Shown: positions 17,912 through 27,255 of the stretch, in pieces
Numbering within the stretch: the stretch's first letter is position 1
Layout: each line of letters begins with the position of its first letter
IMG/VR virus record: IMGVR_UViG_3300026097_000017
Location: 1-64,000 of that record
DNA length: 64,000 nucleotides
Reading direction: 5' to 3' (one strand)
From: a virus
The notes under the pieces: model-generated
The model's database searches: none
The model's input: the letters and a program-made list of their open reading frames with translations, nothing else
What the model was told of the DNA's origin: nothing
Made by a program: the position numbers and the translations under genes

Positions 17912-18859
17912 TCAAGCTGCCTCAGCGAAATCAATCGCTGTTTCAAGAGCCTTCAACTTAGTCCGCTGGTTAGCACCGAACCAAGCAGAAGTCAGACGAG
18001 TATCAGTACTGCGTCCCAACTCATGGTCAGTCAGATAAGTCACAGCATTAAATGCCTGCCACCAAGAACCTTCCGCAAACTCAGCTCCTGGTTGAGTATG
18101 TAGCACTTCCTTCGCACGCAGAGCATTACGTGACACTTCCTTCTTACCAGAAGTTGGCCAAATCACATTGAAATAGTCATCAATGCTTTGATTGGTGAAA
18201 CGCTTATTACCAAGGAAGAAAGCCATATCCTTGTACTGCTCCATCTTCTCATGCGAGATACCCAGAGTTTCTTTCACCATGTCAGCATTAAATGCACGAC
18301 GGTGATTCACTGAAATCGCATTCAAAGAGTTACTGTTCAGAGAAGCAGTCAACGTATTGTTGCAGACTACACGGATCGGTGTGAACCGAATATTGATCCC
18401 TGAACCAAACTCATGAGGATTAGAGAACAGAAGATATCCTTCCATCTTATCGCCATTGAATAACTCAAATCCTTCATCCTTGAGTTTAGCGAGAACCCAT
18501 ACTAACTTACCCTCACGCAGAGAACCAGCCGTATGCATCTCCATAGAACCTTCATCTACAAACTCACGGAAGAACTCGAATGCTTCGCGGTTTTGTACAG
18601 GGTTCCAAGCATCAGAGATCTGAGACAAGAACTTGCCATCAGAATCACGAACCAATGCTTTCTTACCTGTTTTGACCATCTCGCCACCCAACTCATAAAA
18701 AGTATCGGTAGCATACACATTCCAGTCAAGACCAGATTTCACGAGCATGTCATCTACAGAGATGTCATTATTCACAGCTGTACCCAAGCCATGCCAAGGA
18801 GTTTCACCAGCATAAGCCATTTGGGCTTTCCCATTCACAAATTCTAAATTATGAGCCAT
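17912..18859 (-). CDS. DUF932/DUF945 phage-plasmid protein
   Basis: ETPWHGLG...AGSLREGKLVW...TPIRVVCNNTL...AFNAVTYLTDH. Confidence 0.85.
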   Translation of the reverse strand: MAHNLEFVNGKAQMAYAGETPWHGLGTAVNNDISVDDMLVKSGLDWNVYATDTFYELGGEMVKTGKKALVRDSDGKFLSQISDAWNPVQNREAFEFFREFVDEGSMEMHTAGSLREGKLVWVLAKLKDEGFELFNGDKMEGYLLFSNPHEFGSGINIRFTPIRVVCNNTLTASLNSNSLNAISVNHRRAFNADMVKETLGISHEKMEQYKDMAFFLGNKRFTNQSIDDYFNVIWPTSGKKEVSRNALRAKEVLHTQPGAEFAEGSWWQAFNAVTYLTDHELGRSTDTRLTSAWFGANQRTKLKALETAIDFAEAA

Positions 18860-18890
18860 AATAAAATTTCCTTTTCACAATTGAACATAC

Positions 18891-18919
18891 ATTCTAATTT
18901 ATTCTGACAAAAAAGTCAA
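18891..18919 (-). promoter_or_regulatory. sigma70 promoter TTGACT-N17-TAGAAT
   Basis: Consensus boxes. Confidence 0.75.
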
Positions 18920-19116
18920 GCATTTGGCAAAACTTTTTTTGTAATATTTTCAAATTTTCTACGAGACCGACTGAATGACAGCGGTTTATTGAAGAAGAAT
19001 GGTGCGCTTTCACCCTCACGCTTGAAGGCAACCAGTTTCCCACCCTCATTAAGATAATAAGTGTGTGGGTACAAACCTTCAGTCGTTTCTACTAGCACTT
19101 TGCAGTAGTCACTCAT
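18916..19116 (-). CDS. hypothetical protein
   Basis: FNKPLSFSRSRRKF motif; coupled. Confidence 0.65.
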   Translation of the reverse strand: MSDYCKVLVETTEGLYPHTYYLNEGGKLVAFKREGESAPFFFNKPLSFSRSRRKFENITKKVLPNA

Positions 19117-19511
19117 ACTGTCACCTCCAAGTCAGCATACTCTTCGTATGGAAGAGGCTCGCAATCATCAGGCAAACCTTTCTTCCACTCGGCAGCAAGA
19201 GCCTCAGCTTCTTGCTCTTGCTCAAACTGAAGACGGAGCTGGTAACAGATATTCTCGTAGGTCTGTTCCAGATCCTCAATATCCATTTCGTCCCAAGCAA
19301 GACGCATGCGGCAACCATAGAGGTCTTTCGACGCATCACTGATGCCATTGATCAGCTCATTACGCTTGAAGTCCTCTACAGTGTAGACACCCATCTCAGC
19401 CCAATGACTCAAGTCATCAGTGTACTTAGACATCCACAGTCCAGGTTCCTGCTCCATCATCAGATCAGCTTTAGCATTCAAGGACTCAATGTATTGAAGT
19501 AAACCAGACAT
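19113..19511 (-). CDS. hypothetical early protein
   Basis: GAGG RBS, downstream of a promoter. Confidence 0.7.
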   Translation of the reverse strand: MSGLLQYIESLNAKADLMMEQEPGLWMSKYTDDLSHWAEMGVYTVEDFKRNELINGISDASKDLYGCRMRLAWDEMDIEDLEQTYENICYQLRLQFEQEQEAEALAAEWKKGLPDDCEPLPYEEYADLEVTV

Positions 19512-19542
19512 AATAAAACCTCTTTTTCTCAACAACAAATAT

Positions 19543-19571
19543 AGTATGCATCATTGTGAGAAAAAAAGCAA
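19543..19571 (-). promoter_or_regulatory. sigma70 promoter TTGCTT-N17-CATACT
   Basis: Consensus boxes; leader similar to that at 631-686. Confidence 0.75.
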
Positions 19572-19591
19572 GCGTTTTTATGAAAAAAATT
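19565..19591. repeat. 27-bp direct repeat, copy 2
   Basis: Identical to 16070-16096. Confidence 0.85.
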
Positions 19592-19596
19592 TAATT

Positions 19597-20400
19597 TTAT
19601 TCTATGCCCATTTCTTTACGGATTTTAGTGGCACTGATTTGCTCAATGTCTTCACCTAAATGTTCCTGTTCAATCTTATAGCCGACATCTCTACCATAGG
19701 TGATGTTGACGATATTAGGAACTACCATGATTTTGTATCTACCCTTATAATCCATGTCTAGTGCACGTGTGATCCTTTCTTTTACGAAATTGGGATCAAA
19801 GGGATTGCTGTCATTCCAGCCCTGACAATCACGAATCATGATGACGACTTGCCCATGTTTTGCGAGTGCCTTCTCAAATAGAGTCTGATGTCCTAAATGC
19901 CATGGCTGCCAGCGTCCAAGCATCTGTACAGTTTCTTTGCGATTATCCCACTCATATGGCTGAGTTTTTCCATTGATACGATCAGCAATTATCTCCGCAT
20001 ACTTATCTGCATTTTCTTCAGTCATCTCATATGAAAGTCTGAAATCATAGTTGTCAGGGTTTTTGAACTTTTTATTAGTGTCCTCAAACCTACCCTCATC
20101 AATCGTATCCATCCAAATAATCCAGTCTGGGTTAAACTCAGCTCTCAACAAATGCGTTGGGCAAACAAAATCAGCAATCGCATATTTTGTTGCTGATGTC
20201 TCACACAACTTACGCATTCTAGTTGCTTGACGCAGTCTTCCCAAATCAGAAAAGTCCCAGTCATCATACTTCTCGCGGACTTTGTCAGCATTAAACCACT
20301 CAGCATCGCCCAATATTTTCTGTAGCTTTTCAGCGAAATATGTTTTTCCTGATCCAGGCAAGCCCATGATGAGAATTTTGATTGGTTCAGCTTTGTTCAT
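19597..20400 (-). CDS. adenylyl-sulfate kinase-like domain fused to an HxGH nucleotidyltransferase-like domain
   Basis: GLPGSGKT, NADKVR, DFVCP, EDTN..F..P; C-terminal GRWQPWHLGH, YGRDVGY, ISATKIR. Confidence 0.8.
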   Translation of the reverse strand: MNKAEPIKILIMGLPGSGKTYFAEKLQKILGDAEWFNADKVREKYDDWDFSDLGRLRQATRMRKLCETSATKYAIADFVCPTHLLRAEFNPDWIIWMDTIDEGRFEDTNKKFKNPDNYDFRLSYEMTEENADKYAEIIADRINGKTQPYEWDNRKETVQMLGRWQPWHLGHQTLFEKALAKHGQVVIMIRDCQGWNDSNPFDPNFVKERITRALDMDYKGRYKIMVVPNIVNITYGRDVGYKIEQEHLGEDIEQISATKIRKEMGIE

Positions 20401-20599
20401 GTTTACCCCATTTAATTTTAGCCCAACCACGTTCGTGGTAGTAATACAGAATTATTTTAGTTATGAACTCCAAGGAAGCGATACCTGTTGCTGCCGCAGG
20501 GTTCCCAGTGATCCACCAACTAATTAAGAATGTGCTAGCAGTTGCTATGAATCTCCAACTAGCAGTCTTAGCTATAGATCTTAGTTTGCTTTCCTTCAT
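20387..20599 (-). CDS. DUF2061 membrane protein
   Basis: RSIAKTASWR...YYHERGWAKIKWG. Confidence 0.85.
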   Translation of the reverse strand: MKESKLRSIAKTASWRFIATASTFLISWWITGNPAAATGIASLEFITKIILYYYHERGWAKIKWGKHEQS

Positions 20600-21413
20600 G
20601 AAAATCGCATATGTCCTGATAAATTTCTTCTGGATGAATTGAATTCATCGCATCCTTACAATGCGAGCAATTGATTTGCTTTCCGCAAGGTGTTTCTGGG
20701 TGATCATACACATAATATGTTTGATTACGATTACGATAACCTGTAATATTGGGAGTAATTACACCACCACAAATTACAAAGGCACGTTTATTTCTCGCTG
20801 CAGCAAAGTGATGCATTCCACCCTCTGTTGTTACGATTGCCTTTGACCATTCAGCGATAGCGAATGCATCACGAATATTATCAACCTCAATATTGTATGC
20901 ACCCTCAAGTTCTGGCTCATCGTATTCAACACGTCCTGACACATCAGTGTAGTTTCTAGAGGGAACTAATCTAACCACGTGGTATTTTCTACGAACTAGA
21001 TCACACAGTCGCTGCCACTTATCAAACCCCCAAACCTTATTGTCAGCGAGAGTTGTTCTTTTAGCATCAGGATTTAAAATGACAAATGGTTTATTATCTT
21101 GAATGATTCTGTTCAAAGTCACTATTGACCATAAACTTTCTTCATCAGAGATTGAATATGGTGCTGGGATTGGTTCATAAGGTTGATAGTGAATACAACC
21201 ATTACCCCAACCTTTTATATACCAACGATTGCCGTTGGGCTTTTCAGGAACATAAATCTTTTCACAATCAGTAACAGCGTCATGGTCGACAACCCAATTC
21301 AGATCATCCCAAATGATTGATTTTTTTCGGTTAGCATGCACGACAGAGGTTGGGTTCTTTTCCCAAACTTTCCTTGCCTCACCCAACCACATCAAGTCAT
21401 CACCCCAACCCAT
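20568..21413 (-). CDS. GT9 (heptosyltransferase-like) glycosyltransferase
   Basis: GWGDDLM, KVWGFDKWQ, TTEGGMHHFAAA, Cys-rich C-terminus. Confidence 0.75.
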   Translation of the reverse strand: MGWGDDLMWLGEARKVWEKNPTSVVHANRKKSIIWDDLNWVVDHDAVTDCEKIYVPEKPNGNRWYIKGWGNGCIHYQPYEPIPAPYSISDEESLWSIVTLNRIIQDNKPFVILNPDAKRTTLADNKVWGFDKWQRLCDLVRRKYHVVRLVPSRNYTDVSGRVEYDEPELEGAYNIEVDNIRDAFAIAEWSKAIVTTEGGMHHFAAARNKRAFVICGGVITPNITGYRNRNQTYYVYDHPETPCGKQINCSHCKDAMNSIHPEEIYQDICDFHEGKQTKIYS

Positions 21414-22345
21414 TATACACCTCTCAAGTGTTCCCAGACTTTGCCGTTTTTAAGTTCTTTTTGATGCCATTGCGCATAAGACAAATCATACAACCACTGC
21501 ATACGCTCTTGTTCATTGACCATCTTAGGATCTAACAATGCATCGACGCTAGTGCTACTTATATCATAAGCAAAACTTCCAGGATCACAAGCGATGACAG
21601 GAACACCATTGACTACAGCATCAACTGCATAACCAGAAGAATACGTGAATGCAACCCAGCAATCTTTAAATGAATCCAGCAAGTTTTCCTTTGTTCCAAC
21701 TTCAAATTCGCAACCAAGTTCAATCATACCATCTATGTAACTCTGATCAAATTCACGCTGTAACTGTGGAGTTCTGACCACGATACGTCTTTCTAGTCCT
21801 AGTGTTAATAATATTTCTTTTACATCTTTGGCAGTTTCATATGCCCACTTAGAAATATTAGCACCTCTCAATGAGGCATCTCCTGGAAGTTGTAGAGCGA
21901 TAGTGATTCTATTACCTTCAGTTCGCCATGGCTTGACATCAATCTCCAAGTCTTTTTGTATTTTAGTCCAACGATCACTAGGACTGTTTACATTATTGAA
22001 GTTGCCAGTGTCTGCTAGGAATCCATTGACGCCAATACGATGATACACGTCAGACATAACGTTCTCAACTTTTTTTCTGCCGAGCAATGGTGTCTCAATA
22101 CAAATAAACTTTGCATTTTCACGTTTACAAAATCTAACTACTTCATTTTTAACTCTATGGTGTTCATCATCTCTTGACTTCCATGATCCCCAAATAACAT
22201 GATAATCTGCATAATCAGGAAATATGCTTCCATCAAAATGTAAATCTGCTACATCACCAAACTTATTGATGCTCTTAGCAAAGTCCCAAAGAATATCACG
22301 CTCAGCTTTATTTGGGGTAGAAAGCATATGAACTGCAACTTGCAT
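21413..22345 (-). CDS. KpsC/KpsS-like capsule glycosyltransferase
   Basis: LQLPGDASL, TYSSGYAVDAVVNGVPV, WLYDLSYAQW...G.VW. Confidence 0.65.
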   Translation of the reverse strand: MQVAVHMLSTPNKAERDILWDFAKSINKFGDVADLHFDGSIFPDYADYHVIWGSWKSRDDEHHRVKNEVVRFCKRENAKFICIETPLLGRKKVENVMSDVYHRIGVNGFLADTGNFNNVNSPSDRWTKIQKDLEIDVKPWRTEGNRITIALQLPGDASLRGANISKWAYETAKDVKEILLTLGLERRIVVRTPQLQREFDQSYIDGMIELGCEFEVGTKENLLDSFKDCWVAFTYSSGYAVDAVVNGVPVIACDPGSFAYDISSTSVDALLDPKMVNEQERMQWLYDLSYAQWHQKELKNGKVWEHLRGV

Positions 22346-22346
22346 T

Positions 22347-23084
22347 TTAACGTCCTATAATATTGTAGTCACCAAACTTTTCGTCAGGAATGCGTTTGGT
22401 ATGATCATAACCATTTTCTTCAGCTTCTTTTAGTGTGTCCCAGAACAAGTCTACAACATCTTGACGCGAATGCTGTTCTGGTGTTCCTGTAAACCAAGCA
22501 GGTTGCCATGGTTGGGTAGACATCTTAGTATAATGTAATTGAAAGATACTGTCAAGCGTATAATTTTCACCGTCTAGACAGTTCCACTTAGGATCTAGAT
22601 CTAAAACATATTCGGAACTTCCTGAGAACCGATTGATATTTCTATGGTGTGAATCTTCATTTCGTTTCATTCGTCGGACTGGTTGTAATAATTCACCTGC
22701 TTTCTCACAATCAATTAACATCACACAAAACTCATGCCCACCAAATCTTTGCCCTCTACGTGCAGCGAATGGTTTGCCTTCCATGTCTATGTCAAATAAA
22801 TGAGCAAAGTCAGTAATGTTAATCATATCACAATCAGTATAGATTGCTCTACCTTTAAATTCACAGGCTTCAGGAATAGCCCAACGGAATCCTGAAAATG
22901 GAGTAGACCATCTCCTAGTATCCCAACCACCCCAAATACTATTCTCATTTTGTGTTTGTTTCATCCAATGAATTTCTACTTCACGACTAGCATTCTTACG
23001 AATAGAATATTCATATGCTGTTTCAATTTTAGCGTCTTCACCATTAGCTGAAGTGCCAATAAAAATACGAATAGGATCACTCAT
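22347..23084 (-). CDS. GT8-related glycosyltransferase
   Basis: IRIFIG, STPFSGFRWAIPE, YTDCDM, WNCLDGE, LHYT. Confidence 0.8.
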   Translation of the reverse strand: MSDPIRIFIGTSANGEDAKIETAYEYSIRKNASREVEIHWMKQTQNENSIWGGWDTRRWSTPFSGFRWAIPEACEFKGRAIYTDCDMINITDFAHLFDIDMEGKPFAARRGQRFGGHEFCVMLIDCEKAGELLQPVRRMKRNEDSHHRNINRFSGSSEYVLDLDPKWNCLDGENYTLDSIFQLHYTKMSTQPWQPAWFTGTPEQHSRQDVVDLFWDTLKEAEENGYDHTKRIPDEKFGDYNIIGR

Positions 23085-23629
23085 AGCAAATTTTCCTTAA
23101 CAAATACCATACCTGTCTTTTCTAGCCAAGATTCCTTTCCTCGCTTTTTATCCATAGTAGAGTTCTCTAAAACTTCATCCAATATTTTTTGCGAGAACAC
23201 GAAACCATATTCTTTAAACTTCTCAATCCAATAATCACGCTCTTTGCAATTTACATGCAATGGACCAGGATCCATGTTACAAGTGCAGATTACATAATTA
23301 CATTTATCAAATATCTTCATATAATTATGCATATGCTCTTCAGGGACATGTTCTAGGAACTCTACTGACCAAGCCAAATCAAACGTCTTATCAGTTTCCC
23401 AAGTGCCAACAGTGAAGTCAAGTAAAACATCAGGATTTACCGTGTGATCACCATCAATACCGACTGCTTCTAAACCGATTCTCTTGGCGTGACTGACTTG
23501 CCCTCCTGGACCACAACCAACATCCACCATAGATTTCACACCATAGTTTTTCATCATCCATTTCAAAGAACCACGATCAAACCATGTCTTGTTACTGTGC
23601 CCACCTAAATGTGCTGCTAATTCACTCAT
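23081..23629 (-). CDS. class I SAM-dependent methyltransferase
   Basis: VDVGCGPG, FDLAWSVEFLEHV, HVNC. Confidence 0.85.
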   Translation of the reverse strand: MSELAAHLGGHSNKTWFDRGSLKWMMKNYGVKSMVDVGCGPGGQVSHAKRIGLEAVGIDGDHTVNPDVLLDFTVGTWETDKTFDLAWSVEFLEHVPEEHMHNYMKIFDKCNYVICTCNMDPGPLHVNCKERDYWIEKFKEYGFVFSQKILDEVLENSTMDKKRGKESWLEKTGMVFVKENLL

Positions 23630-24654
23630 TAAAACTTACTCCAAAAATCGTCACTGTTTCTGGGAACATTAATTGCTGTTGCTGACGGATAAGGATTGCT
23701 GCTAGAATAATCATTAATTAATATTCGTTCGCCATGAGGAACATCTAGCATCACATTAAAATTGACGAAACCGTTGTCGATCAAAAAGTCACGAACCTTC
23801 TCTTCAGTATATCCAGGTCTGCTAGATACAAACATAAAGTAAGCACCATCATCATGCATCTGCTTTAGTTTCTTAACCGCATTCGGAATACCAACTATAT
23901 CTTCCTCAATACTGGGATAAAAATACTCTGACTGATGATTGATTAGCGTTCCATCTAAATCACAAAACACTACTGGATATTTTCTTTTGAGATCGTGCCA
24001 CTCTTTTGCCGTTCCCACATCAACGTAGTCATCAACCTCTACTGAAACAAATACTTCTGTTTCTAACAGTTTCTTGACAACATGCGAAACGAATCTTTCG
24101 TCATCCTGATTCAAAGACTCAAACGCATCACAGTATTCACCAGCGTTGTTGAAGCAGTAACCCCCTACAACAATATGATTACTCACCACTGACTTCTCTA
24201 CAATATTGGTGATGATATTTTGTTCGTTGGTGATTACGAAACTCTTTGCTGCAACATTCTGAACTTGTAAATTATTTCTTAGATCTACAGTGCAAATATA
24301 GTTTGCTGCATTAACTCGATCAAACTTGAAATGTGCATCGCAATCTTGAATAAACAATGGTTCCTGATCATTAATATTGATCGCTATCTGATAAACAGTA
24401 TCGGCTGGACCTGTTGTTTCATGATCCAAGATAACTACCTGTACAGCGTCACCAAATGCTTTGTTCAGTGCGTGCTCAGCATTATAGTATTTTGCATGCT
24501 CTCTCAGTATCGGGATGAATATAGTATCCTCACCCAACCACTGTTCTGCTGCGTGCTCAATCATCATTCTACCGTCTGGCATACTGAGTAGATATTTTGG
24601 TCTAGTTCCTGGAAACCTTGAGGATTTTCCAGCGCATGGAATTATTACAGCCAT
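23629..24654 (-). CDS. sugar nucleotidyltransferase fused to a HAD phosphatase
   Basis: IIPCAGKSSRF..RPKYL, DCD, DVGT; C-terminal FCDLDGTL, RILIND. Confidence 0.8.
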   Translation of the reverse strand: MAVIIPCAGKSSRFPGTRPKYLLSMPDGRMMIEHAAEQWLGEDTIFIPILREHAKYYNAEHALNKAFGDAVQVVILDHETTGPADTVYQIAININDQEPLFIQDCDAHFKFDRVNAANYICTVDLRNNLQVQNVAAKSFVITNEQNIITNIVEKSVVSNHIVVGGYCFNNAGEYCDAFESLNQDDERFVSHVVKKLLETEVFVSVEVDDYVDVGTAKEWHDLKRKYPVVFCDLDGTLINHQSEYFYPSIEEDIVGIPNAVKKLKQMHDDGAYFMFVSSRPGYTEEKVRDFLIDNGFVNFNVMLDVPHGERILINDYSSSNPYPSATAINVPRNSDDFWSKF

Positions 24655-25454
24655 ACTTTAGTCAACTCCCTGTTAATCAGAGCTTTATTCTCTTTTTCAA
24701 TACAATATGCTCTTACTCTTAAAAGCATAAAACAATACAATGCCTGATTATTCATTTCACCATATTCTTCTTTCAATGATTTAGAAATTTTATCACAAAC
24801 AATTTTATGATTGACAGTATTAGTTTTCTTTCTTAAGAACCAGTGTCCGTCTAAATCTTGTCTTAGCTTTGCTGCATCAAAAACCCAACTGTTAAATTCT
24901 GTTGGGTTAGGATCTATTAGATAAAACTTACCTTTCTTGTAAATGATATTTTCTAGCGTAAAATCACCATGGATCGGTCCATATGGTAACACTTTGGGTA
25001 ATCGCTCAATTAAATCAGCAGCCAACAATGGAGTCGGATCATCTTCATCAAACGCATTGAATAATCTGCGAATCTTTTCTTCATACAGTTCACTGAAATC
25101 AAATGTCTCAGTTGCGTTTTCTTTAAAAGTATCTAACGACTTTTTCAAAAAAGCAATCAGCTTATCTAATTCTTCTATAGAAGCATACTCTATATAAGTG
25201 TACATGTCAATACCATCAATATGTTCCATGGTATAACAATCGTTAGAAACTTCATATATTTCAGGAGTATTAAATCCTAGATGACGTAAATGATTTTGAA
25301 GTGCCGCAGCATCTTTTAATTTGTTGCTTCCGCATTTTTCAACAGCATATCTGCCGTCAGGATATTGTATTAGTTTCACGACGCACCCCGAGTGTCCAGT
25401 AAAATGCTTAAGAGTGTTGTAAAAGTTTGAGGACAGTTTCCGCAGTTTTGGCAT
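24645..25454 (-). CDS. aminoglycoside-phosphotransferase-like (sugar/choline) kinase
   Basis: GHSG, MEHIDG, HGDFTLENI, YLIDP, DAAKLRQD. Confidence 0.8.
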   Translation of the reverse strand: MPKLRKLSSNFYNTLKHFTGHSGCVVKLIQYPDGRYAVEKCGSNKLKDAAALQNHLRHLGFNTPEIYEVSNDCYTMEHIDGIDMYTYIEYASIEELDKLIAFLKKSLDTFKENATETFDFSELYEEKIRRLFNAFDEDDPTPLLAADLIERLPKVLPYGPIHGDFTLENIIYKKGKFYLIDPNPTEFNSWVFDAAKLRQDLDGHWFLRKKTNTVNHKIVCDKISKSLKEEYGEMNNQALYCFMLLRVRAYCIEKENKALINRELTKVWL

Positions 25455-26508
25455 TTACAATCATGTTTCCATTTTTTGATTTAGGTCTTTCGCTCGATGG
25501 TGGTAAACTCTTTTCTGCCGCAATGGTATGCCAAGTAGCATTATTAACATCACCCAAGTTATTCCAACCACACTCCTCATTCACTTCAAATGCATGATTG
25601 AAGTCAATCACGTTAGGACTATTCGCAAACAACAGATGCGTAAATCCTGCACCAGTCGGACCAACAATATTCTCTGCTCCTGCGAATAAACTGATTTTTT
25701 CACACAATGTAAGACTTGTTAAATTATAACTCTTAAAGTCATATTTTTCAAGCACTTTCATGAGATCATTTTCATTTTCTATATGACGAGCATTAGCATC
25801 AGCTCTAGAAATGTAAATATTTTTAATACTGTACGCATACTCATCAGAAATCATATTCTGCTTCAGATATCTTGCTGCCCACTTAGCTGACTTTCCACGA
25901 TTAGATATTGAAGGATGAGTGAACACGTGTATTTCAGGAGAACGAAATGAACAAGGGATTTCAATTTCAATCATTCGCTCAAGTATGTCAGGGAAAAACT
26001 CAAGTGCCTCTTTCTGCCATGACTTTAGAGGATTGACTATGATCGGATAACTATTTTCTCTAAGTGCACGGATGGTAGGGAGGTCTTCACAAAAGTAATG
26101 CCAATAGTGTCCAGTTGTGGTAAACCACTGATTCACAGGCTCATTGAAAATATGCTGCCGATAATCTTCTATTTTGATATTGAATGATCTAGAATAATTA
26201 TCCCACATAGCTTGATTCGTTCGAAAGGCATTCGCCTGTTTACCAAATCCGCTGTTGTAAATTTTATCACCTTGAATTACTGACTGTAACCCACACTCAT
26301 CAAATCCTGAAGTACCTGATACACCAATAGCATCTTCAAACTTGATGTCGACTAGAGGTGGAGTGGTGTATTCAAAAACCTGTTCAATACACTCATTATC
26401 TTTCCAAATATTTGCTGTGTATTTTCTATGTTCACTTGGTTCAATTACTTTTATTTTGTCTTGATTATGATTGACGTAACCTTCGGTGTCACGCTCTCTG
26501 ACTTCCAT
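25408..26508 (-). CDS. GT61 (DUF563) glycosyltransferase
   Basis: YWHYF.E, IYISRA...RHIENE, IVGPTGAGFT. Confidence 0.8.
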   Translation of the reverse strand: MEVRERDTEGYVNHNQDKIKVIEPSEHRKYTANIWKDNECIEQVFEYTTPPLVDIKFEDAIGVSGTSGFDECGLQSVIQGDKIYNSGFGKQANAFRTNQAMWDNYSRSFNIKIEDYRQHIFNEPVNQWFTTTGHYWHYFCEDLPTIRALRENSYPIIVNPLKSWQKEALEFFPDILERMIEIEIPCSFRSPEIHVFTHPSISNRGKSAKWAARYLKQNMISDEYAYSIKNIYISRADANARHIENENDLMKVLEKYDFKSYNLTSLTLCEKISLFAGAENIVGPTGAGFTHLLFANSPNVIDFNHAFEVNEECGWNNLGDVNNATWHTIAAEKSLPPSSERPKSKNGNMIVNAKTAETVLKLLQHS

Positions 26509-27061
26509 TTTCTAATTCCACTCCAGCTTTACAAATGTAAAACGCATCAATAATATCACCAGACGGATTCCAACTATTTTCTGTCTGCCCTAATAACTCT
26601 TTTAAATTTAATCCAGTTTCCTGAATAAATGTTTCTTGCATCAAGTTTTTGTCAGCATTACCTTTGCCAGTTGCTATTTTCTTGACAGCGGTAGGAGCTA
26701 CGGAATCGTGATCGATACCCTTTTGCCAAAGGCGATCTTTGAGAATAGCTGTATTTTCAGCGATGTGAAATACCCTACCCTTTGAGCCCATACTATATCC
26801 TTCAATGTATACCTTTTCTGCATTGAACATGTGCAGAACATACATCATAACCCAGTCAGCTATATTACTATATCTTTGCTGCTCTGTAAAGTATTCTTGG
26901 TGTTGAACACCTAAAATATTTTTATATTTCCCTTCAAACTTTTTCTTATCTGTCAGGAAATAAAATTTACAATTGTCAAATGTAATGTTTTCTTTATCTA
27001 AACATATACAAATTGCTGGTGATGTTAAAGAATAATCAACACCTGCTACGACTCGCCCCAT
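26489..27061 (-). CDS. RuvC-like nuclease/resolvase
   Basis: AGVDYSLTSP, IEGYS, PTAVKK.ATGKGNADK, DIIDA. Confidence 0.75.
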   Translation of the reverse strand: MGRVVAGVDYSLTSPAICICLDKENITFDNCKFYFLTDKKKFEGKYKNILGVQHQEYFTEQQRYSNIADWVMMYVLHMFNAEKVYIEGYSMGSKGRVFHIAENTAILKDRLWQKGIDHDSVAPTAVKKIATGKGNADKNLMQETFIQETGLNLKELLGQTENSWNPSGDIIDAFYICKAGVELENGSQRA

Positions 27062-27255
27062 TTGTAATCACCATCTGTCTCACCATATTCGTCTACTTCT
27101 ATGTAGTCATCCTCAGTGAGCTCGGCTGAGCAGAAGGGGCATGCCACTAGGGACATGCCTCCTTCGTCAGTATCGGTGAACTTTACAAAAAACCCAGTAT
27201 TACATTCTTCGCAAGTAACGTCAACGACACGAGTATCAGGCTGCATATGCTTCAT
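27046..27255 (-). CDS. small zinc-ribbon protein
   Basis: CEEC...CPFC; typical position after nrdB. Confidence 0.7.
   Translation of the reverse strand: MKHMQPDTRVVDVTCEECNTGFFVKFTDTDEGGMSLVACPFCSAELTEDDYIEVDEYGETDGDYKWGES

Noticed and set aside
16745-23629. Methyltransferases 16745..17278 and 23081..23629 as the DNA C5-MTase partner of TET
   Set aside because: They lack the PC and ENV motifs and look like small-molecule or sugar methyltransferases
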